64,000 nucleotides of DNA from Burkholderia sp. (GCA_032470195.1 JAVHYX010000002.1:263625-327624), one strand, 5' to 3'. Shown: positions 23,112 through 35,402, numbered from the stretch's first letter. Made by a program: numbers and translations. The notes: a model not told the origin generated them from the letters alone.

Positions 23112-23198
23112 GGCCTTCTCTGGGGCCGTGTTAAGACTATAAAGCGAGAGGGGAAAGCTCGTCACGTGCATTGCATCGTGCCGGTTATATGAATTGAT

Positions 23199-24332
23199 AT
23201 GGCAAAACGGGATTACTACGAAGTTTTAGGTGTTGCAAAGAATGCGACTAATAACGAAATTAAAAAAGCATATCGCAAGTTAGCGATGAAGTATCATCCC
23301 GACAGAAATCCTGGTAAAAAGGATGTAGAAGAGAGCTTCAAAGAGGCAAAGGAAGCTTATGAAATACTATCGGATACCCAGAAACGGGCTTCGTATGATC
23401 AATATGGCCATATTGGTGTTGATCCAAATTTAGGAGAAGCAGGGGCGCAGGGTTTCAGTGGTTTTGCTGACGCGTTTGGCAATATATTTGGCGACATCTT
23501 TGGACAGAGTTCAGCAGGAGGATCTGGACGAGGAGGAAGAGGCGGATCTTATCAGGGCGCTGATTTGCGATATAGAGTTGAAATTACGCTTGAACAGGCT
23601 GCTAACGGATACGATACTCAAATCCGAGTACCAAGCTGGATTTCATGCGAAATCTGCCATTCTTCAGGTGCAAAATCTGGCACAAAGCCTGAGACGTGCC
23701 AAACTTGTAAGGGCCAGGGTTCAATACGAATGTCTCAAGGCTTTTTCAGTATCCAGCAGACCTGTCATAAGTGTCACGGAGTTGGTACATGGATTTCCGA
23801 ACCATGTACGCATTGTCATGGTACAGGTAAGATCAAAGAAACAAAGACAATTGAGGTAAAAATTCCATCTGGAATCGATGAAGGGATGCGGATTCGATTA
23901 CCAGGTAACGGCGAGCCAGGAATTAAAGGTGGACCGTCTGGTGATCTATATGTCGAGATCCATATTAAACCACATTCAGTATTCGAACGTGATGGCGACG
24001 ATTTACACTGTCGTATGCCGATTTCATTCACAACAGCTGCATTAGGTGGTGAAATACAAGTTCCAACATTAGCGGGTCGGGCTTCGTTTATAGTGCCCGA
24101 GGGCACACAGTCTGATAAGACATTTCGGCTTCGCGGTAAGGGAATAAAAGGCATTAGATCAAGTACCGCTGGCGATCTATATGTTCATGTACAGATTGAG
24201 ACACCGATTAAGTTAACTGATCCACAACGTGATCTACTGAAGCAATTTGAGAAATCACTTACAGAAGGCGGTCCACGCCACAGTCCACATGGGAAAAGTT
24301 GGTTTGATCGAGTAAAAAGCTTCTTCGAATAG
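23199..24332 (+). CDS. dnaJ: Co-chaperone DnaJ
   Basis: J domain with HPD, G/F-rich region and four CxxC Zn motifs. Confidence 0.99.
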   Translation: MAKRDYYEVLGVAKNATNNEIKKAYRKLAMKYHPDRNPGKKDVEESFKEAKEAYEILSDTQKRASYDQYGHIGVDPNLGEAGAQGFSGFADAFGNIFGDIFGQSSAGGSGRGGRGGSYQGADLRYRVEITLEQAANGYDTQIRVPSWISCEICHSSGAKSGTKPETCQTCKGQGSIRMSQGFFSIQQTCHKCHGVGTWISEPCTHCHGTGKIKETKTIEVKIPSGIDEGMRIRLPGNGEPGIKGGPSGDLYVEIHIKPHSVFERDGDDLHCRMPISFTTAALGGEIQVPTLAGRASFIVPEGTQSDKTFRLRGKGIKGIRSSTAGDLYVHVQIETPIKLTDPQRDLLKQFEKSLTEGGPRHSPHGKSWFDRVKSFFE

Positions 24333-24670
24333 AAGTATAATTTATATTATTGAGCGCAACTATTTACAAGTCTTGAAGATTTAAAAGGCATTTCATGAAA
24401 TGTGTTTCACAAATGTACTAACCTCTTAACAAGAAGATTAAGCCTGTTTATAGGGAAGCTAGCAATGAATTAGTTAAATTCAGCGCTCTATTCTAAGAAT
24501 AGTATGAAAAATTATTCCGGGTAGAGTTGTTCTTATAGATACAGTTTTATAGACGAAATATGATTACTAAGTTCTAGTAAATTGTTAATAATAAAGTTTT
24601 CTTATAAAGAAACAAAACAGTATAAGGAAATTATATTCACTCGGATAATTTTTAGGATAACTGATAAGAT

Positions 24671-26032
24671 ATGGTTACTAACATTATTGAAAATATTGGT
24701 AAACTTAATCGCCGCGTGGAAATTTCCCTATCAAAAGAAGTTATACAAAAAGAAGTTGATTTACGCATTAAAGAACTTACGAAAACTATTCGTATATCTG
24801 GCTTCCGATTAGGTAGAGCACCGATTAAGATAATTGAGAATAGATATTCTGACCAGATTAAGGAAGAAGTAATAAATAATATGATCCGTCAGGAATTTCT
24901 CAAAATTAGTTGTTCTGAAAATATACGCGTTGCTGGACAACCGAGATTTACCTTGAAGCAAGAAGTTAATGCCGATGAAAGTTATACGTTCGATGTAACA
25001 TTTGAAGTTTACCCAGATGTAAAGATTGGCAATCTAATGACAATTGAGATTGAACACTCGACTACTACGATTGATCATAAGGAAATAGATAGAACATTAG
25101 ATATACTCCGCAAGCAACGCGTGCAATATCAAGCGCGCGTCGAACAATTCAATGGCTGTACTGCTGATACGGGCGCACAAAATAAAGATCGCTTGACAGT
25201 AGATTTCGATAGAAATATTGAAGATGTTTCATTTCAGTTTAGCGCCACGAAAAATTTCGTGTTCGTTTTAGGTGAACGGGAGACGATACCTGAACTAGAA
25301 CAGGCAGCACTTGGTATGAAAGTAGGTGAAGTAACTGAATTTGATATAAAGTTACCGGATGATTATCATCATAAACATATCGCCGGTAAGATAATAAAGT
25401 TTATAATGACTATAAAGAAAATTGAATCACCGTATTTTCCGGAAATCGATGCAGACTTCGCGAAATCACTTGGTATAAAAAATGGAGATTTAATGGAGAT
25501 GCGTAGTTACATCAAAGAGGGCCTTGAATGCGAAGCAAAGCGTCGCGTGCGATCAATTCTAAAGAAAAGAGCCTTAGATGCATTGCTAAAAATCTCTGAA
25601 CTTGATGTTCCTAATATTCTAATCGAACAGGAGAAACAGCGTCTTATTGAGGTAACGCGTCAAAATCTTACGAAGCGCGGTGCGATAAACGTGAAAAATA
25701 TATCGATTCCAGTAGAAATATTTTCTGAACAAGCTGAGGGTCGAGTAAAATTAGCTATCGCAGTTGATGAATTTGTAAAATTAAATGAACTTGAAGCAAA
25801 GCCAGAGCAAATCAGAGAACAAATAAATGAACTTGCAAAAAATCATAAAGATCAGAAGAAAGCAGTTCATTTTTTCTATTCAAATCAACAACGCCTTTCC
25901 GAAATAAAAGCATTTATTATTGAGAATAATGTCGTAGACTTTATACTCAGCAAGGCTAAAGTAACTCATAAGAAAGTAAGCTTTGAGACGCTTGCAAGCG
26001 AGTCTGAGAAAATTGGATCACTATTTCAATGA
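24671..26032 (+). CDS. tig: Trigger factor
   Basis: GFR ribosome-binding loop, FEVYP motif and FKBP-like middle domain; position upstream of clpP. Confidence 0.96.
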   Translation: MVTNIIENIGKLNRRVEISLSKEVIQKEVDLRIKELTKTIRISGFRLGRAPIKIIENRYSDQIKEEVINNMIRQEFLKISCSENIRVAGQPRFTLKQEVNADESYTFDVTFEVYPDVKIGNLMTIEIEHSTTTIDHKEIDRTLDILRKQRVQYQARVEQFNGCTADTGAQNKDRLTVDFDRNIEDVSFQFSATKNFVFVLGERETIPELEQAALGMKVGEVTEFDIKLPDDYHHKHIAGKIIKFIMTIKKIESPYFPEIDADFAKSLGIKNGDLMEMRSYIKEGLECEAKRRVRSILKKRALDALLKISELDVPNILIEQEKQRLIEVTRQNLTKRGAINVKNISIPVEIFSEQAEGRVKLAIAVDEFVKLNELEAKPEQIREQINELAKNHKDQKKAVHFFYSNQQRLSEIKAFIIENNVVDFILSKAKVTHKKVSFETLASESEKIGSLFQ

Positions 26033-26137
26033 AATTCTTTATAAAACATTATGACTTTTTATAAACTAGATTTGATACTTACAAAGTAAGTAGTAAAGAA
26101 GATTATATTATAACTAGTTGTTCTAAGTTGTTTGGAC

Positions 26138-26764
26138 ATGCTTACATCAAATATACCTCTGAATTCTCAGACAGACGCGCTTGGTTTAGTTCCAGTCGTT
26201 ATTGAAACAAGCGGTCGTGGTGAGCGTTCCTATGATATTTATTCGCGTCTTTTAAAAGAACGTATTGTGTTTCTTATTGGTGATGTAAACGAGCAGACTG
26301 CTAACCTCGTAGTTGCACAGCTGCTATTTCTCGAAAGCGAGAATCCTAGTAAGGATATCAATCTTTATATTAATAGTCCTGGTGGTTCGGTATCTGCTGG
26401 ACTAGCAATTTACGACACAATGCAGTTTATTAAACCAGATGTTTCAACTCTTTGTATGGGCCTTGCCGCAAGTATGGCTGCATTTCTACTTGCTGCTGGC
26501 AAAAAAGGAAAGCGCTTCGCATTAAGAAATGCTCGAGTAATGATTCATCAGCCGATCGGCGGCGTGCGAGGGCAGGCATCAGATATTGAAATTCAAGCGC
26601 GAGAAATACTATACTTAAAAAATAATCTCAACGAACTACTCTCTTATCATACTGGACAAAATATTGAAAGAATTACATTTGATACTGATAGGGATAACTT
26701 TATGTCGACAGCCGATGCAAAAGCATATGGGTTGATCGACCATATTCTACAAGAGCGTCCGTGA
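26138..26764 (+). CDS. clpP: ATP-dependent Clp protease proteolytic subunit
   Basis: Motifs [30 protein letters not shown] and DRD. ATG at 26138; alternative TTG at 26132. Confidence 0.99.
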   Translation: MLTSNIPLNSQTDALGLVPVVIETSGRGERSYDIYSRLLKERIVFLIGDVNEQTANLVVAQLLFLESENPSKDINLYINSPGGSVSAGLAIYDTMQFIKPDVSTLCMGLAASMAAFLLAAGKKGKRFALRNARVMIHQPIGGVRGQASDIEIQAREILYLKNNLNELLSYHTGQNIERITFDTDRDNFMSTADAKAYGLIDHILQERP

Positions 26765-26970
26765 GTGTAGAATAATTTTAGTATTAGGATACTCACTCAT
26801 AAATAAAATTTATCCAATGAGAAGGAAAGTGTTCCCTTGTATGTGCAATATATTCCTATAAAGCATTCTAAGATTAAAAATTTTCATTAATAATTTATAG
26901 ATATAAATGTGGGTTCTTAACCCATAAAACATGTCTTATATTATTTATGAGTCCTGGAGACTTTATATTC

Positions 26971-28236
26971 ATGACGGATGAAAAAGACTCGAGTGCTGAA
27001 AAACTTCTATATTGCTTATTTTGCGGCAAGAACCAGAATCAAGTAAAAAAACTTATTGCTGGCCCGTCTGTCTTTATTTGCGATGAATGTATTGACCTTT
27101 GTAAAGAGATCATTAACGACGATGATATGATTTCAGACCGAGCTGAAATTACACTGTCCAAGCTTGATTTACCAAGCCCGCATGAAATTAGTAATATCCT
27201 CGATCAATATGTCATTGGGCAAGAGAATGCAAAGAAAGTTCTTGCAGTTGCCGTCTATAATCACTATAAGCGTTTGAAAAATCTCGATAAGAATACTGAT
27301 GTCGAACTTTCGAAGAGTAATGTTCTATTTATCGGGCCTACTGGCTCAGGAAAGACATTACTCGCACAGACGCTTAGTCGGCTTCTAAATGTACCATTTG
27401 CGATTGCCGATGCAACAACACTAACAGAAGCTGGTTATGTTGGTGAGGATGTTGAAAACATTATCCAGAAGCTACTGCAAAACTGCAATTATGAAGTAGA
27501 AAAGGCACAATTGGGAATCATCTATATTGATGAAATTGATAAAATTAGTCGAAAGTCAGATAATCCGTCTATTACTCGTGATGTATCAGGAGAGGGTGTG
27601 CAGCAAGCACTATTAAAATTAATCGAGGGTACAATAGCATCAGTTCCTCCTCAAGGAGGCCGTAAAAATCCAAATCAGGACTTCATTCAAGTTGATACAA
27701 CGAATATACTATTTATATGCGGCGGTGCGTTCGATGGCCTAGAGAAGATTATTATCGATCGGACTGAAAAAACTGGAATCGGTTTTGGGGCAATAGTCAA
27801 GGGACAGAAAGATCGTGATAATAGCGAGATTCTATATAAAACTGAACCGGAAGATCTGATTAAATTTGGATTAATTCCAGAGCTAATCGGCCGTTTGCCA
27901 GTTATTGCAACTCTTGGTAAACTAGATGAAGCTGCGTTAATGAAAATCCTTGTCGAACCTAAGAATGCGCTTATCAAACAGTATCATAAGTTATTCTCTA
28001 TGGAGTGCGTCGAGCTTGAAATTCGTACGGAAGCACTACGTGCAATAGCACGTAAAGCAATACGACGGAAAACTGGTGCTCGAGGCTTGCGCTCGATTAT
28101 TGAACACGCATTGCTCGATATCATGTATGAATTACCTACAATGAAAGGGGTAAGTAGGGTTATTGTCAATGGAGATGTTATCGATAATGGTGTTAAACCT
28201 CTCCTAGATTATGAAAATATAGAAAAGATGGCTTAG
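26971..28236 (+). CDS. clpX: ATP-dependent Clp protease ATP-binding subunit
   Basis: C4 Zn finger, [17 protein letters not shown] loop and TGARGLRS. Start taken at ATG 26971; upstream ATG at 26947. Confidence 0.99.
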   Translation: MTDEKDSSAEKLLYCLFCGKNQNQVKKLIAGPSVFICDECIDLCKEIINDDDMISDRAEITLSKLDLPSPHEISNILDQYVIGQENAKKVLAVAVYNHYKRLKNLDKNTDVELSKSNVLFIGPTGSGKTLLAQTLSRLLNVPFAIADATTLTEAGYVGEDVENIIQKLLQNCNYEVEKAQLGIIYIDEIDKISRKSDNPSITRDVSGEGVQQALLKLIEGTIASVPPQGGRKNPNQDFIQVDTTNILFICGGAFDGLEKIIIDRTEKTGIGFGAIVKGQKDRDNSEILYKTEPEDLIKFGLIPELIGRLPVIATLGKLDEAALMKILVEPKNALIKQYHKLFSMECVELEIRTEALRAIARKAIRRKTGARGLRSIIEHALLDIMYELPTMKGVSRVIVNGDVIDNGVKPLLDYENIEKMA

Positions 28237-28485
28237 CTTAAGCCAAGGAGTTTTCTCTGATTTTCTTTAAAAAAGATGAATATTTCTAATCTGGAATAGA
28301 TTTATATCTTTATCTATATTCCATTCAGATATATAGATAAAATTTTATATCTTATATATAAAACTTTTATTCAATCCTCTTCAGCGTATTTATGCTAAAT
28401 ACTTCATATATATAGATAAGCTTTCAATCTAGTTTTCCTTCCTTAACTATAGAAACAGTTAACTCCAATAATAGGGAAAAATGAG

Positions 28486-30918
28486 ATGTCAGGCATTCAG
28501 ATTCTCCCGACAGAGCGGATAACGCTCCCACTATTACCATTACGGGATGTCGTCGTTTTCCCACATATGGTAATTCCATTATTTGTCGGTCGACAAAAAT
28601 CAATTAAAGCCTTAGAGGTAGCGATGGAAGGCGATAAGAACATCATGCTTATTGCGCAAAAAACTGCTGCTAAAGATGAGCCGACTGAAAAAGATATGTA
28701 TGAAATCGGCTGTATTGGGAATATTCTCCAGATGCTAAAGTTGCCTGACGGTACTGTAAAAGTGCTAGTGGAGGGACTACAGCGCGCAAAAGCATTAATA
28801 ATAGAAGATCTAGAGTCCCAGTTTTCGTGTGAAGTGTTACCGATAGAGCCAGATCATACAGATGGCACGGAGGCGGAAGCACTACGTCGCACAATAGTGG
28901 CGCAGTTCGATCAATATGTAAAATTAGACAAAAAGATTCTTCCAGAAGTCTTAACATCGCTATCTGGAATTGATAAAGCAGGGCGTCTCGCTGATACGAT
29001 AGCTGCACATTTGCCGCTAAGATTAGACCAGAAGCAGAATATTCTTAATACGTTCAATGTCATAGAGCGACTTGAACATTTGCTTACTCAGCTTGAAGCA
29101 GAGATGGATATTCTTCAGGTTGAAAAGCGGATACGAAGTCGTGTAAAGCGTCAGATGGAGAAGAGTCAGCGTGAATATTATCTAAATGAGCAAGTAAAGG
29201 CGATCCAGAAGGAGCTTGGAGAAGGAGAGGAAGGTACTGATCTCGATGAATTTGAGAAGCGTATTAACGCTGCCCATATGACAAAGGAGGCAAAGAAAAA
29301 GGCCGATTCTGAGCTAAAAAAACTAAAACTAATGTCACCAATGTCAGCTGAAGCAACAGTTGTCCGTAACTATGTCGATACCCTAATTAGTCTCCCATGG
29401 CGTAAAAAGAGCAAGATTAACGGTAATCTAGAGAATGCTGAGCTTGTACTAGACCAGGATCATTACGGCCTTGAAAAAGTTAAAGAACGCATTCTCGAAT
29501 ATCTCGCAGTACAGCAGAGAGTAAATAAAGTAAAGGCCCCAATATTATGCCTCGTTGGGCCTCCTGGCGTTGGTAAGACATCGCTTGGAAAATCGATAGC
29601 ACGTGCAACTAATCGCAAGTTTGTTAGGATGGCTCTTGGAGGTGTGCGTGATGAAGCTGAAATTCGCGGTCACAGACGAACTTATATCGGATCGGTGCCT
29701 GGTAAAATTTTACAAAGTTTAACTAAGGTCGGCGTTCGAAATCCACTATTCTTACTTGATGAAGTTGATAAGATGGGCATGGATTTTCGTGGCGATCCAT
29801 CTTCAGCATTGCTTGAAGTACTGGATCCGGAGCAAAATCATACATTTGCTGATCACTATATTGAAGTCGATTTCGATTTGTCTGATGTAATGTTCGTCGC
29901 GACGTCAAATTCATTAAACATTCCACCTCCACTTCTTGATAGAATGGAAATAATCCGTCTCTCTGGTTATACAGAAGACGAGAAGGTTGGCATTGCGAGT
30001 CGTTATCTACTACCGAAGCAAAAGAATAATAATGGTCTAAATGATCGTGAGATCGAGTTAGATGAGCATGTAGTACGAGACATTATTCGTTACTATACAC
30101 GTGAGGCAGGTGTTCGTTCTCTTGAACGTGAAATAGCAAAAATCTGTCGCAAGGTAGTAAAAATTCTTTTTATAAAGAAGATATTATCAAGCACTATTAA
30201 AGTAGAAAGAGATAACCTCGATAGGTTTCTCGGAGTACGAAAGTATGATTTCGGTTTAGCCGCGAAGAATAATCAAGTTGGTCAGGTTACAGGTTTAGCA
30301 TGGACGGAAGTTGGTGGTGATCTGCTAACTATTGAAGCAGCTGTGATGCCTGGTAAGGGCAATATTATTCGAACTGGTTCACTTGGTGATGTAATGAAAG
30401 AATCAGTTGAAGCCGCGCGTTCAGTTGTACGCTCGCGTTCGCGACGACTCGGAATCAAAGACGAAGCATTTGAGAAATATGATATACACATCCATGTTCC
30501 GGAAGGTGCAACGCCAAAGGATGGACCATCTGCAGGTGGAGCCATGACAACTGCATTAGTATCAGCATTAACCCGTATACCTGTTCGTGCAGACGTTGCG
30601 ATGACAGGTGAAATTACTCTACGTGGAGAAATTCTACCGATTGGTGGGCTTAAAGAAAAGCTTTTAGCAGCACATCGAGGCGGAATCAAACTTGTATTAA
30701 TCCCGGAAGAGAATATAAAAGATCTAGCAGATATTCCTGAAAATGTAAAGAACGGAATCGAGATTGTATTGGTTCGCTGGATCGATAAGGTACTTGAGCT
30801 CGCACTTGAAAATTTACCTACTCCTTTATCATTAGGAGAGAATCCAACTGAAGTTGTAGTAGCTCCTATAGCCGATGGTGTAGCGTCAAGTACAGAGGAA
30901 ATCGTTATTAAACACTGA
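28486..30918 (+). CDS. lon: Lon protease
   Basis: Motifs LPLRDVVVFP, GPPGVGKTS, LDEVDK, DGPSAG (catalytic Ser) and GGLKEK. Confidence 0.99.
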   Translation: MSGIQILPTERITLPLLPLRDVVVFPHMVIPLFVGRQKSIKALEVAMEGDKNIMLIAQKTAAKDEPTEKDMYEIGCIGNILQMLKLPDGTVKVLVEGLQRAKALIIEDLESQFSCEVLPIEPDHTDGTEAEALRRTIVAQFDQYVKLDKKILPEVLTSLSGIDKAGRLADTIAAHLPLRLDQKQNILNTFNVIERLEHLLTQLEAEMDILQVEKRIRSRVKRQMEKSQREYYLNEQVKAIQKELGEGEEGTDLDEFEKRINAAHMTKEAKKKADSELKKLKLMSPMSAEATVVRNYVDTLISLPWRKKSKINGNLENAELVLDQDHYGLEKVKERILEYLAVQQRVNKVKAPILCLVGPPGVGKTSLGKSIARATNRKFVRMALGGVRDEAEIRGHRRTYIGSVPGKILQSLTKVGVRNPLFLLDEVDKMGMDFRGDPSSALLEVLDPEQNHTFADHYIEVDFDLSDVMFVATSNSLNIPPPLLDRMEIIRLSGYTEDEKVGIASRYLLPKQKNNNGLNDREIELDEHVVRDIIRYYTREAGVRSLEREIAKICRKVVKILFIKKILSSTIKVERDNLDRFLGVRKYDFGLAAKNNQVGQVTGLAWTEVGGDLLTIEAAVMPGKGNIIRTGSLGDVMKESVEAARSVVRSRSRRLGIKDEAFEKYDIHIHVPEGATPKDGPSAGGAMTTALVSALTRIPVRADVAMTGEITLRGEILPIGGLKEKLLAAHRGGIKLVLIPEENIKDLADIPENVKNGIEIVLVRWIDKVLELALENLPTPLSLGENPTEVVVAPIADGVASSTEEIVIKH

Positions 30919-31118
30919 GTTTTCACATAAAAAAACCTATTAGCTATAATTTTAGGAAGAAATTTGCGATAAAAAAATTATGTCTTATTTATATTTCTCC
31001 ATTTTCATAGGAGATTCTGCTCGATATTCTAGTTAAGAAAATAAATTTATATTATAATGTAGAGCTGTTTTCCATTATTGTTTCCATATAAAATTATCTT
31101 ATCTTCTTTCTATAGGCC

Positions 31119-31194
31119 GGGTGCTTAGCTCAGTTGGTAGAGCGACGCCCTTACAAGGCGTAGGTCGGGGGTTCAAATCCCTCAGCACCCACCA
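31119..31194 (+). tRNA. tRNA-Val (TAC)
   Basis: GGGTGCTTAGCTCAGTTGGTAGAGC...CGCCC-TTACAA-GGCG...GGTTCAAATCC...GCACCCACCA. Confidence 0.98.
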
Positions 31195-31374
31195 ATGTTA
31201 GACATTAACATGTATCGTACAAGGAAATGTAGAAAATTCTTATTTCTCGTCAAGATTTGCTTATTTACGTCTCCATAGATTTTTTATTAGGTTTGTGTAA
31301 ATTTAATGCATATTATTTTGCATAATGAGTCATTCGATTTACAACGATTTAACGAAAATTAAACGAACAAGAAA

Positions 31375-32265
31375 ATGTATAAACTAAGACAAACTAAAAA
31401 AATATGGAGATGGCTAGCAATCGATATACTAACCATCCTTACCGGATGTAGCGATTTACATGTTCTTGAACCGAAAGGAGCAATAGGTATAGCAGAAAAA
31501 GAACTAATTGTAAAAGCAACATTAGCAATGTTATTCATTGTTGTGCCAGTAATCTTACTTGTACTATTTTTTGTATGGAGATATAGGGCATCTAAGCGGT
31601 CAACCTATGCACCAGATTGGTCACATTCGATGCCAATAGAAATTGCAATCTGGATTGCACCGACGATAATTGTTATCTATCTTAGTATCCTAGCATGGCG
31701 AACATCGCATGAGCTAGATCCGTACAAGCAAATTACATCACGAACTCAACAAATTGATGTTGAAGTTGTCGCACTTGACTGGAAATGGCTTTTCATCTAT
31801 CCAAAGCTAGGCATTGCATCCTTGAATGAGCTTGCAATTCCAATCAGTACTCCAGTGAATTTTCGTATCACATCAGATTCCGTAATGAATTCATTTTTTA
31901 TTGCAGAACTTGGAAGTCAAGTCTATGCAATGGCTGGTATGCAGACCCGCCTACATTTAATTGCCGACAAGCCTGGTGATTACATGGGTATATCTGCAAA
32001 TTATAGTGGCCGAGGATTTTCAGACATGAAATTTCACACGCTTGCTAAGTCACGTCAAGAGTTTGACGTATGGGTAAAAAAAGTAAAAGCGTCATCCGAT
32101 AATCTTGATATGTCTGTATATCATAATATTGCACAGCCGAGTGAAATGGTCCCTATACGTTATTTCTCATCGGTCGAATCGCGACTATTCAACAAAATTA
32201 TTACAAAATATAATAATGGTCACGCTCTTAATATGGATATAAAGACAGAGCCCGTAAAAAGATAA
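31375..32265 (+). CDS. cyoA: Cytochrome bo3 ubiquinol oxidase subunit II
   Basis: Lipobox LTGC; motifs LEPKG.I, DWKWLFIYP, SDSVMNSF and GISANYSG.GFSDM. Confidence 0.97.
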   Translation: MYKLRQTKKIWRWLAIDILTILTGCSDLHVLEPKGAIGIAEKELIVKATLAMLFIVVPVILLVLFFVWRYRASKRSTYAPDWSHSMPIEIAIWIAPTIIVIYLSILAWRTSHELDPYKQITSRTQQIDVEVVALDWKWLFIYPKLGIASLNELAIPISTPVNFRITSDSVMNSFFIAELGSQVYAMAGMQTRLHLIADKPGDYMGISANYSGRGFSDMKFHTLAKSRQEFDVWVKKVKASSDNLDMSVYHNIAQPSEMVPIRYFSSVESRLFNKIITKYNNGHALNMDIKTEPVKR

Positions 32266-32292
32266 AGAAGACAACAATACAAAGGGGTATAC

Positions 32293-34278
32293 ATGTTCGG
32301 AAAATTAACATTTTCGGCTATCCCGTTCGACCAGCCTATTATCATGGGTGCAGGCGCGTTCATGATGTTTATTGTCATTGGGGTCGCCGTTGTATTGACG
32401 CTTAAAGATCGCTGGCGATGGATATGGAGCCAATGGATTACATCAGTAGATCATAAGAAGATTGGTATAATGTACCTTATAGTTGCTGTACTTATGCTTT
32501 TGCGCGGCTTTGCTGATGCAGTGATGATGCGTCTCCAACTTGCACTTGCGTTTAATAGTCAAGGTTATTTGACCCCACATCATTACGATCAAATTTTTAC
32601 TGCCCACGGCGTCATTATGATATTTTTTATGGCAATGGCACTGCTTGTGGGTTTATTTAATCTAATTATTCCATTACAGATTGGCGCGCGCGATGTCGCT
32701 TTTCCATTCTTAAATTCATTAAGCTTTTGGTTGACAGCTTTCGCTGCTATTCTAATTAATATATCACTTGTAGTTGGTGAATTCGCACAGACAGGTTGGC
32801 TTGCCTATCCTCCGCTATCTGAACTACAGTTCAGTCCAGGGGTAGGCGTCGACTATTATATATGGGCGTTGCAGATATCAGGTATTGGTACATTGATTAC
32901 CGCAATTAATTTCTTTGTGACGATAGTAAAGATGCGTGCACCTGGTATGACATTTATGAAGCTACCTGTTTTTACATGGACTGCACTGTGCTCAAATGTG
33001 ATGATTATGGCAGCATTTCCAATTTTAACAGTCGCGCTTGGATTAATTGGATTGGACCGCTATCTCGGTATGCATTTCTTTACAAACGAAGCTGGCGGAA
33101 ACGCTATGCTATATCTAAATCTAATTTGGGCATGGGGTCATCCAGAGGTATATATACTTGTACTACCTGCGTTTGGAATTTATTCAGAAGTAATTGCAAC
33201 ATTCGCTAAGAAGCCATTATTTGGCTACAAAACAATGGTATATGCTTCATGCGCTATTATGGTTTTATCTTTTGTGGTCTGGCTACATCACTTCTTTACA
33301 ATGGGTTCTGGTGCAGACGTCAATGCATTCTTTGGGATTATGACGATGGTTATCGCAATTCCAACTGGTGTAAAGATATTCAATTGGTTATTCACAATAT
33401 ATCGTGGTCGAATTGAATTTACTGCACCTGTATTATGGACAATTGGTTTTATGATAACGTTTACGCTCGGTGGAATGAGTGGTGTAATGATGTCGATTCC
33501 TGGAGCGGACTTCGTGCTGCACAATAGTCTATTTCTAATCGCTCATTTTCATAATACAATTATTGGCGGTGTTGTATTTGGTTATTTTGCTGGACTACAT
33601 TACTGGTTCTCAAAGATATTCGGCTTTAAGCTTGATGAAAAGCTCGCAAAATGGGCATGCTGGTTATGGTTTATTGGATTTTATGTATCATTCATGCCAC
33701 TTTATGTACTTGGTTTTATGGGAATGACACGCCGTCTAAATCATTACGATAATCCCGCATGGCATCCATGGTTAATTATTTCAGCATGCGGAGTTGTATT
33801 AATCGCTCTTGGTATACTGTGTCAGATTATGTCAGCGTGGATCGGTTGGCGAAATCGCTATCAGCCTGCTTACCGAGATATAACAGGTGATCCATGGGAT
33901 GGTCGTACTCTTGAATGGGCAACAAGCTCGCCACCAGCTGTCTACAATTTTGCAGTAATTCCAATTGTACATGAACTAGATGAAATAGCTTATCGTAAGG
34001 CAAATGGAATTTGTATAAGATCAAGAGAATCATATGAGGGCATTCATATGCCTTCAAATACAAGTGCTGGCTTTTTTATCGGTCTATTTAGCTTAATGCT
34101 TGGGTTTGCCTTAGTCTGGTACATCTGGTGGTTAGTAATAGTCGCTCTAACTGGGATCGTTTCTACTGTGATTTTATATAGTACATTGAATAATGACGGT
34201 TACTTTATTCCAGCGAGTACTATCAGAGAGATTGAAAGTCAACGTGATAACATCACGAACTTAAATACGATATCGTAG
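32293..34278 (+). CDS. cyoB: Cytochrome bo3 ubiquinol oxidase subunit I
   Basis: Motifs RGFADA (quinol site), TAHGVIM, WGHPEVY, WLHHF and AHFH. Confidence 0.99.
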   Translation: MFGKLTFSAIPFDQPIIMGAGAFMMFIVIGVAVVLTLKDRWRWIWSQWITSVDHKKIGIMYLIVAVLMLLRGFADAVMMRLQLALAFNSQGYLTPHHYDQIFTAHGVIMIFFMAMALLVGLFNLIIPLQIGARDVAFPFLNSLSFWLTAFAAILINISLVVGEFAQTGWLAYPPLSELQFSPGVGVDYYIWALQISGIGTLITAINFFVTIVKMRAPGMTFMKLPVFTWTALCSNVMIMAAFPILTVALGLIGLDRYLGMHFFTNEAGGNAMLYLNLIWAWGHPEVYILVLPAFGIYSEVIATFAKKPLFGYKTMVYASCAIMVLSFVVWLHHFFTMGSGADVNAFFGIMTMVIAIPTGVKIFNWLFTIYRGRIEFTAPVLWTIGFMITFTLGGMSGVMMSIPGADFVLHNSLFLIAHFHNTIIGGVVFGYFAGLHYWFSKIFGFKLDEKLAKWACWLWFIGFYVSFMPLYVLGFMGMTRRLNHYDNPAWHPWLIISACGVVLIALGILCQIMSAWIGWRNRYQPAYRDITGDPWDGRTLEWATSSPPAVYNFAVIPIVHELDEIAYRKANGICIRSRESYEGIHMPSNTSAGFFIGLFSLMLGFALVWYIWWLVIVALTGIVSTVILYSTLNNDGYFIPASTIREIESQRDNITNLNTIS

Positions 34279-34307
34279 ACAGTTCATAAAATGGAGAGCA
34301 ACTAAAT

Positions 34308-34913
34308 ATGTTGAGTTCATCCTTTTCTAACAGTGTATCGTATGATCACAAGAATGAATCTTCACATTCAATTTTTGGTTTTTGGTTATACTTGATGACA
34401 GATTGCATGATTTTTTCCTCTCTGTTCGCTGTTTTCGCGATATTAGGAAACCAGTCAGCAGGTGGTCCAACAGCAAAAAACCTATTTGATATTCCAAGAG
34501 TCGCTTTCGAAACTTTAGTTCTATTAACATCAAGTGTTAGTTATGGTTTTGCGATGATTTGCGCACAACGTCGCCGTAAAAGTATAATGTTTATATGGCT
34601 TATACTGACATTTATTCTCGGCAGTTTATTTATTATGATTGAGCTGAACGAATTTTTATCTCTTATTTCTAATGGCGCTTCACCATCAAGGAGTGCATTC
34701 TTATCTTCATTTTTTACTTTAGTTGGCACGCATGGATTACACGTAGCTGTTGGATTGTTATGGATGATCACACTTTTCGTTCAAGCTATTAGGAGGACGG
34801 AATTAACTGATCGAGATATACGTCGACTAACATGCCTAGGATTATTCTGGCATTTTCTTGATATTGTGTGGATTTGCGTATTTTCTTTTGTCTATCTTGC
34901 AAGCATAATATAA
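34308..34913 (+). CDS. cyoC: Cytochrome bo3 ubiquinol oxidase subunit III
   Basis: Motifs FGFWLYLMTDC, FFTLVGTHGLHV and FWHFLDIVWICVF. Confidence 0.98.
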   Translation: MLSSSFSNSVSYDHKNESSHSIFGFWLYLMTDCMIFSSLFAVFAILGNQSAGGPTAKNLFDIPRVAFETLVLLTSSVSYGFAMICAQRRRKSIMFIWLILTFILGSLFIMIELNEFLSLISNGASPSRSAFLSSFFTLVGTHGLHVAVGLLWMITLFVQAIRRTELTDRDIRRLTCLGLFWHFLDIVWICVFSFVYLASII

Positions 34914-35240
34914 ATGGTTCATTCACATTCATCTAAATTTGAAGCTAAATCTGATAGTATTAGCACATATATTTCTGGATTTATAATCTCTGTCGTTCTT
35001 ACATCTGCATCTTTTAGCATAGTACTTTGCAGTTTATTCTCAGCAGTAACATCTTTAATAGCACTATCTGTTCTTGCACTCATACAGATCATAATACATT
35101 TAGTATATTTCCTGCATATAAATAGATCTTCAGATCGTGGATGGAATTTAATAGCATTTGTCTATATACTTCTTACCGGTCTAATTCTAATATTAGGGAC
35201 GACATGGATCATGTACAATGCTAAAATACAGATGATGTAG
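34914..35240 (+). CDS. cyoD: Cytochrome bo3 ubiquinol oxidase subunit IV
   Basis: Motifs YISGFIISVVLT, QIIIHLVYFLH and GTTWIMYN; abuts the cyoC stop codon. Confidence 0.96.
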   Translation: MVHSHSSKFEAKSDSISTYISGFIISVVLTSASFSIVLCSLFSAVTSLIALSVLALIQIIIHLVYFLHINRSSDRGWNLIAFVYILLTGLILILGTTWIMYNAKIQMM

Positions 35241-35325
35241 TAACAGAGCACTCAGAATTAGATTAATTAGACAATGAGATTTATTTTGAAATAAATATAG
35301 TGAAAAATCTATATAGATTTTCTTA

Positions 35326-35402
<77 letters not shown>

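Noticed and set aside
30282-30926. 214-aa antisense ORF over lon, and the other short ORFs nested in or opposite known genes
   Set aside because: These are shadow frames of conserved genes, with no motifs or independent start signals.
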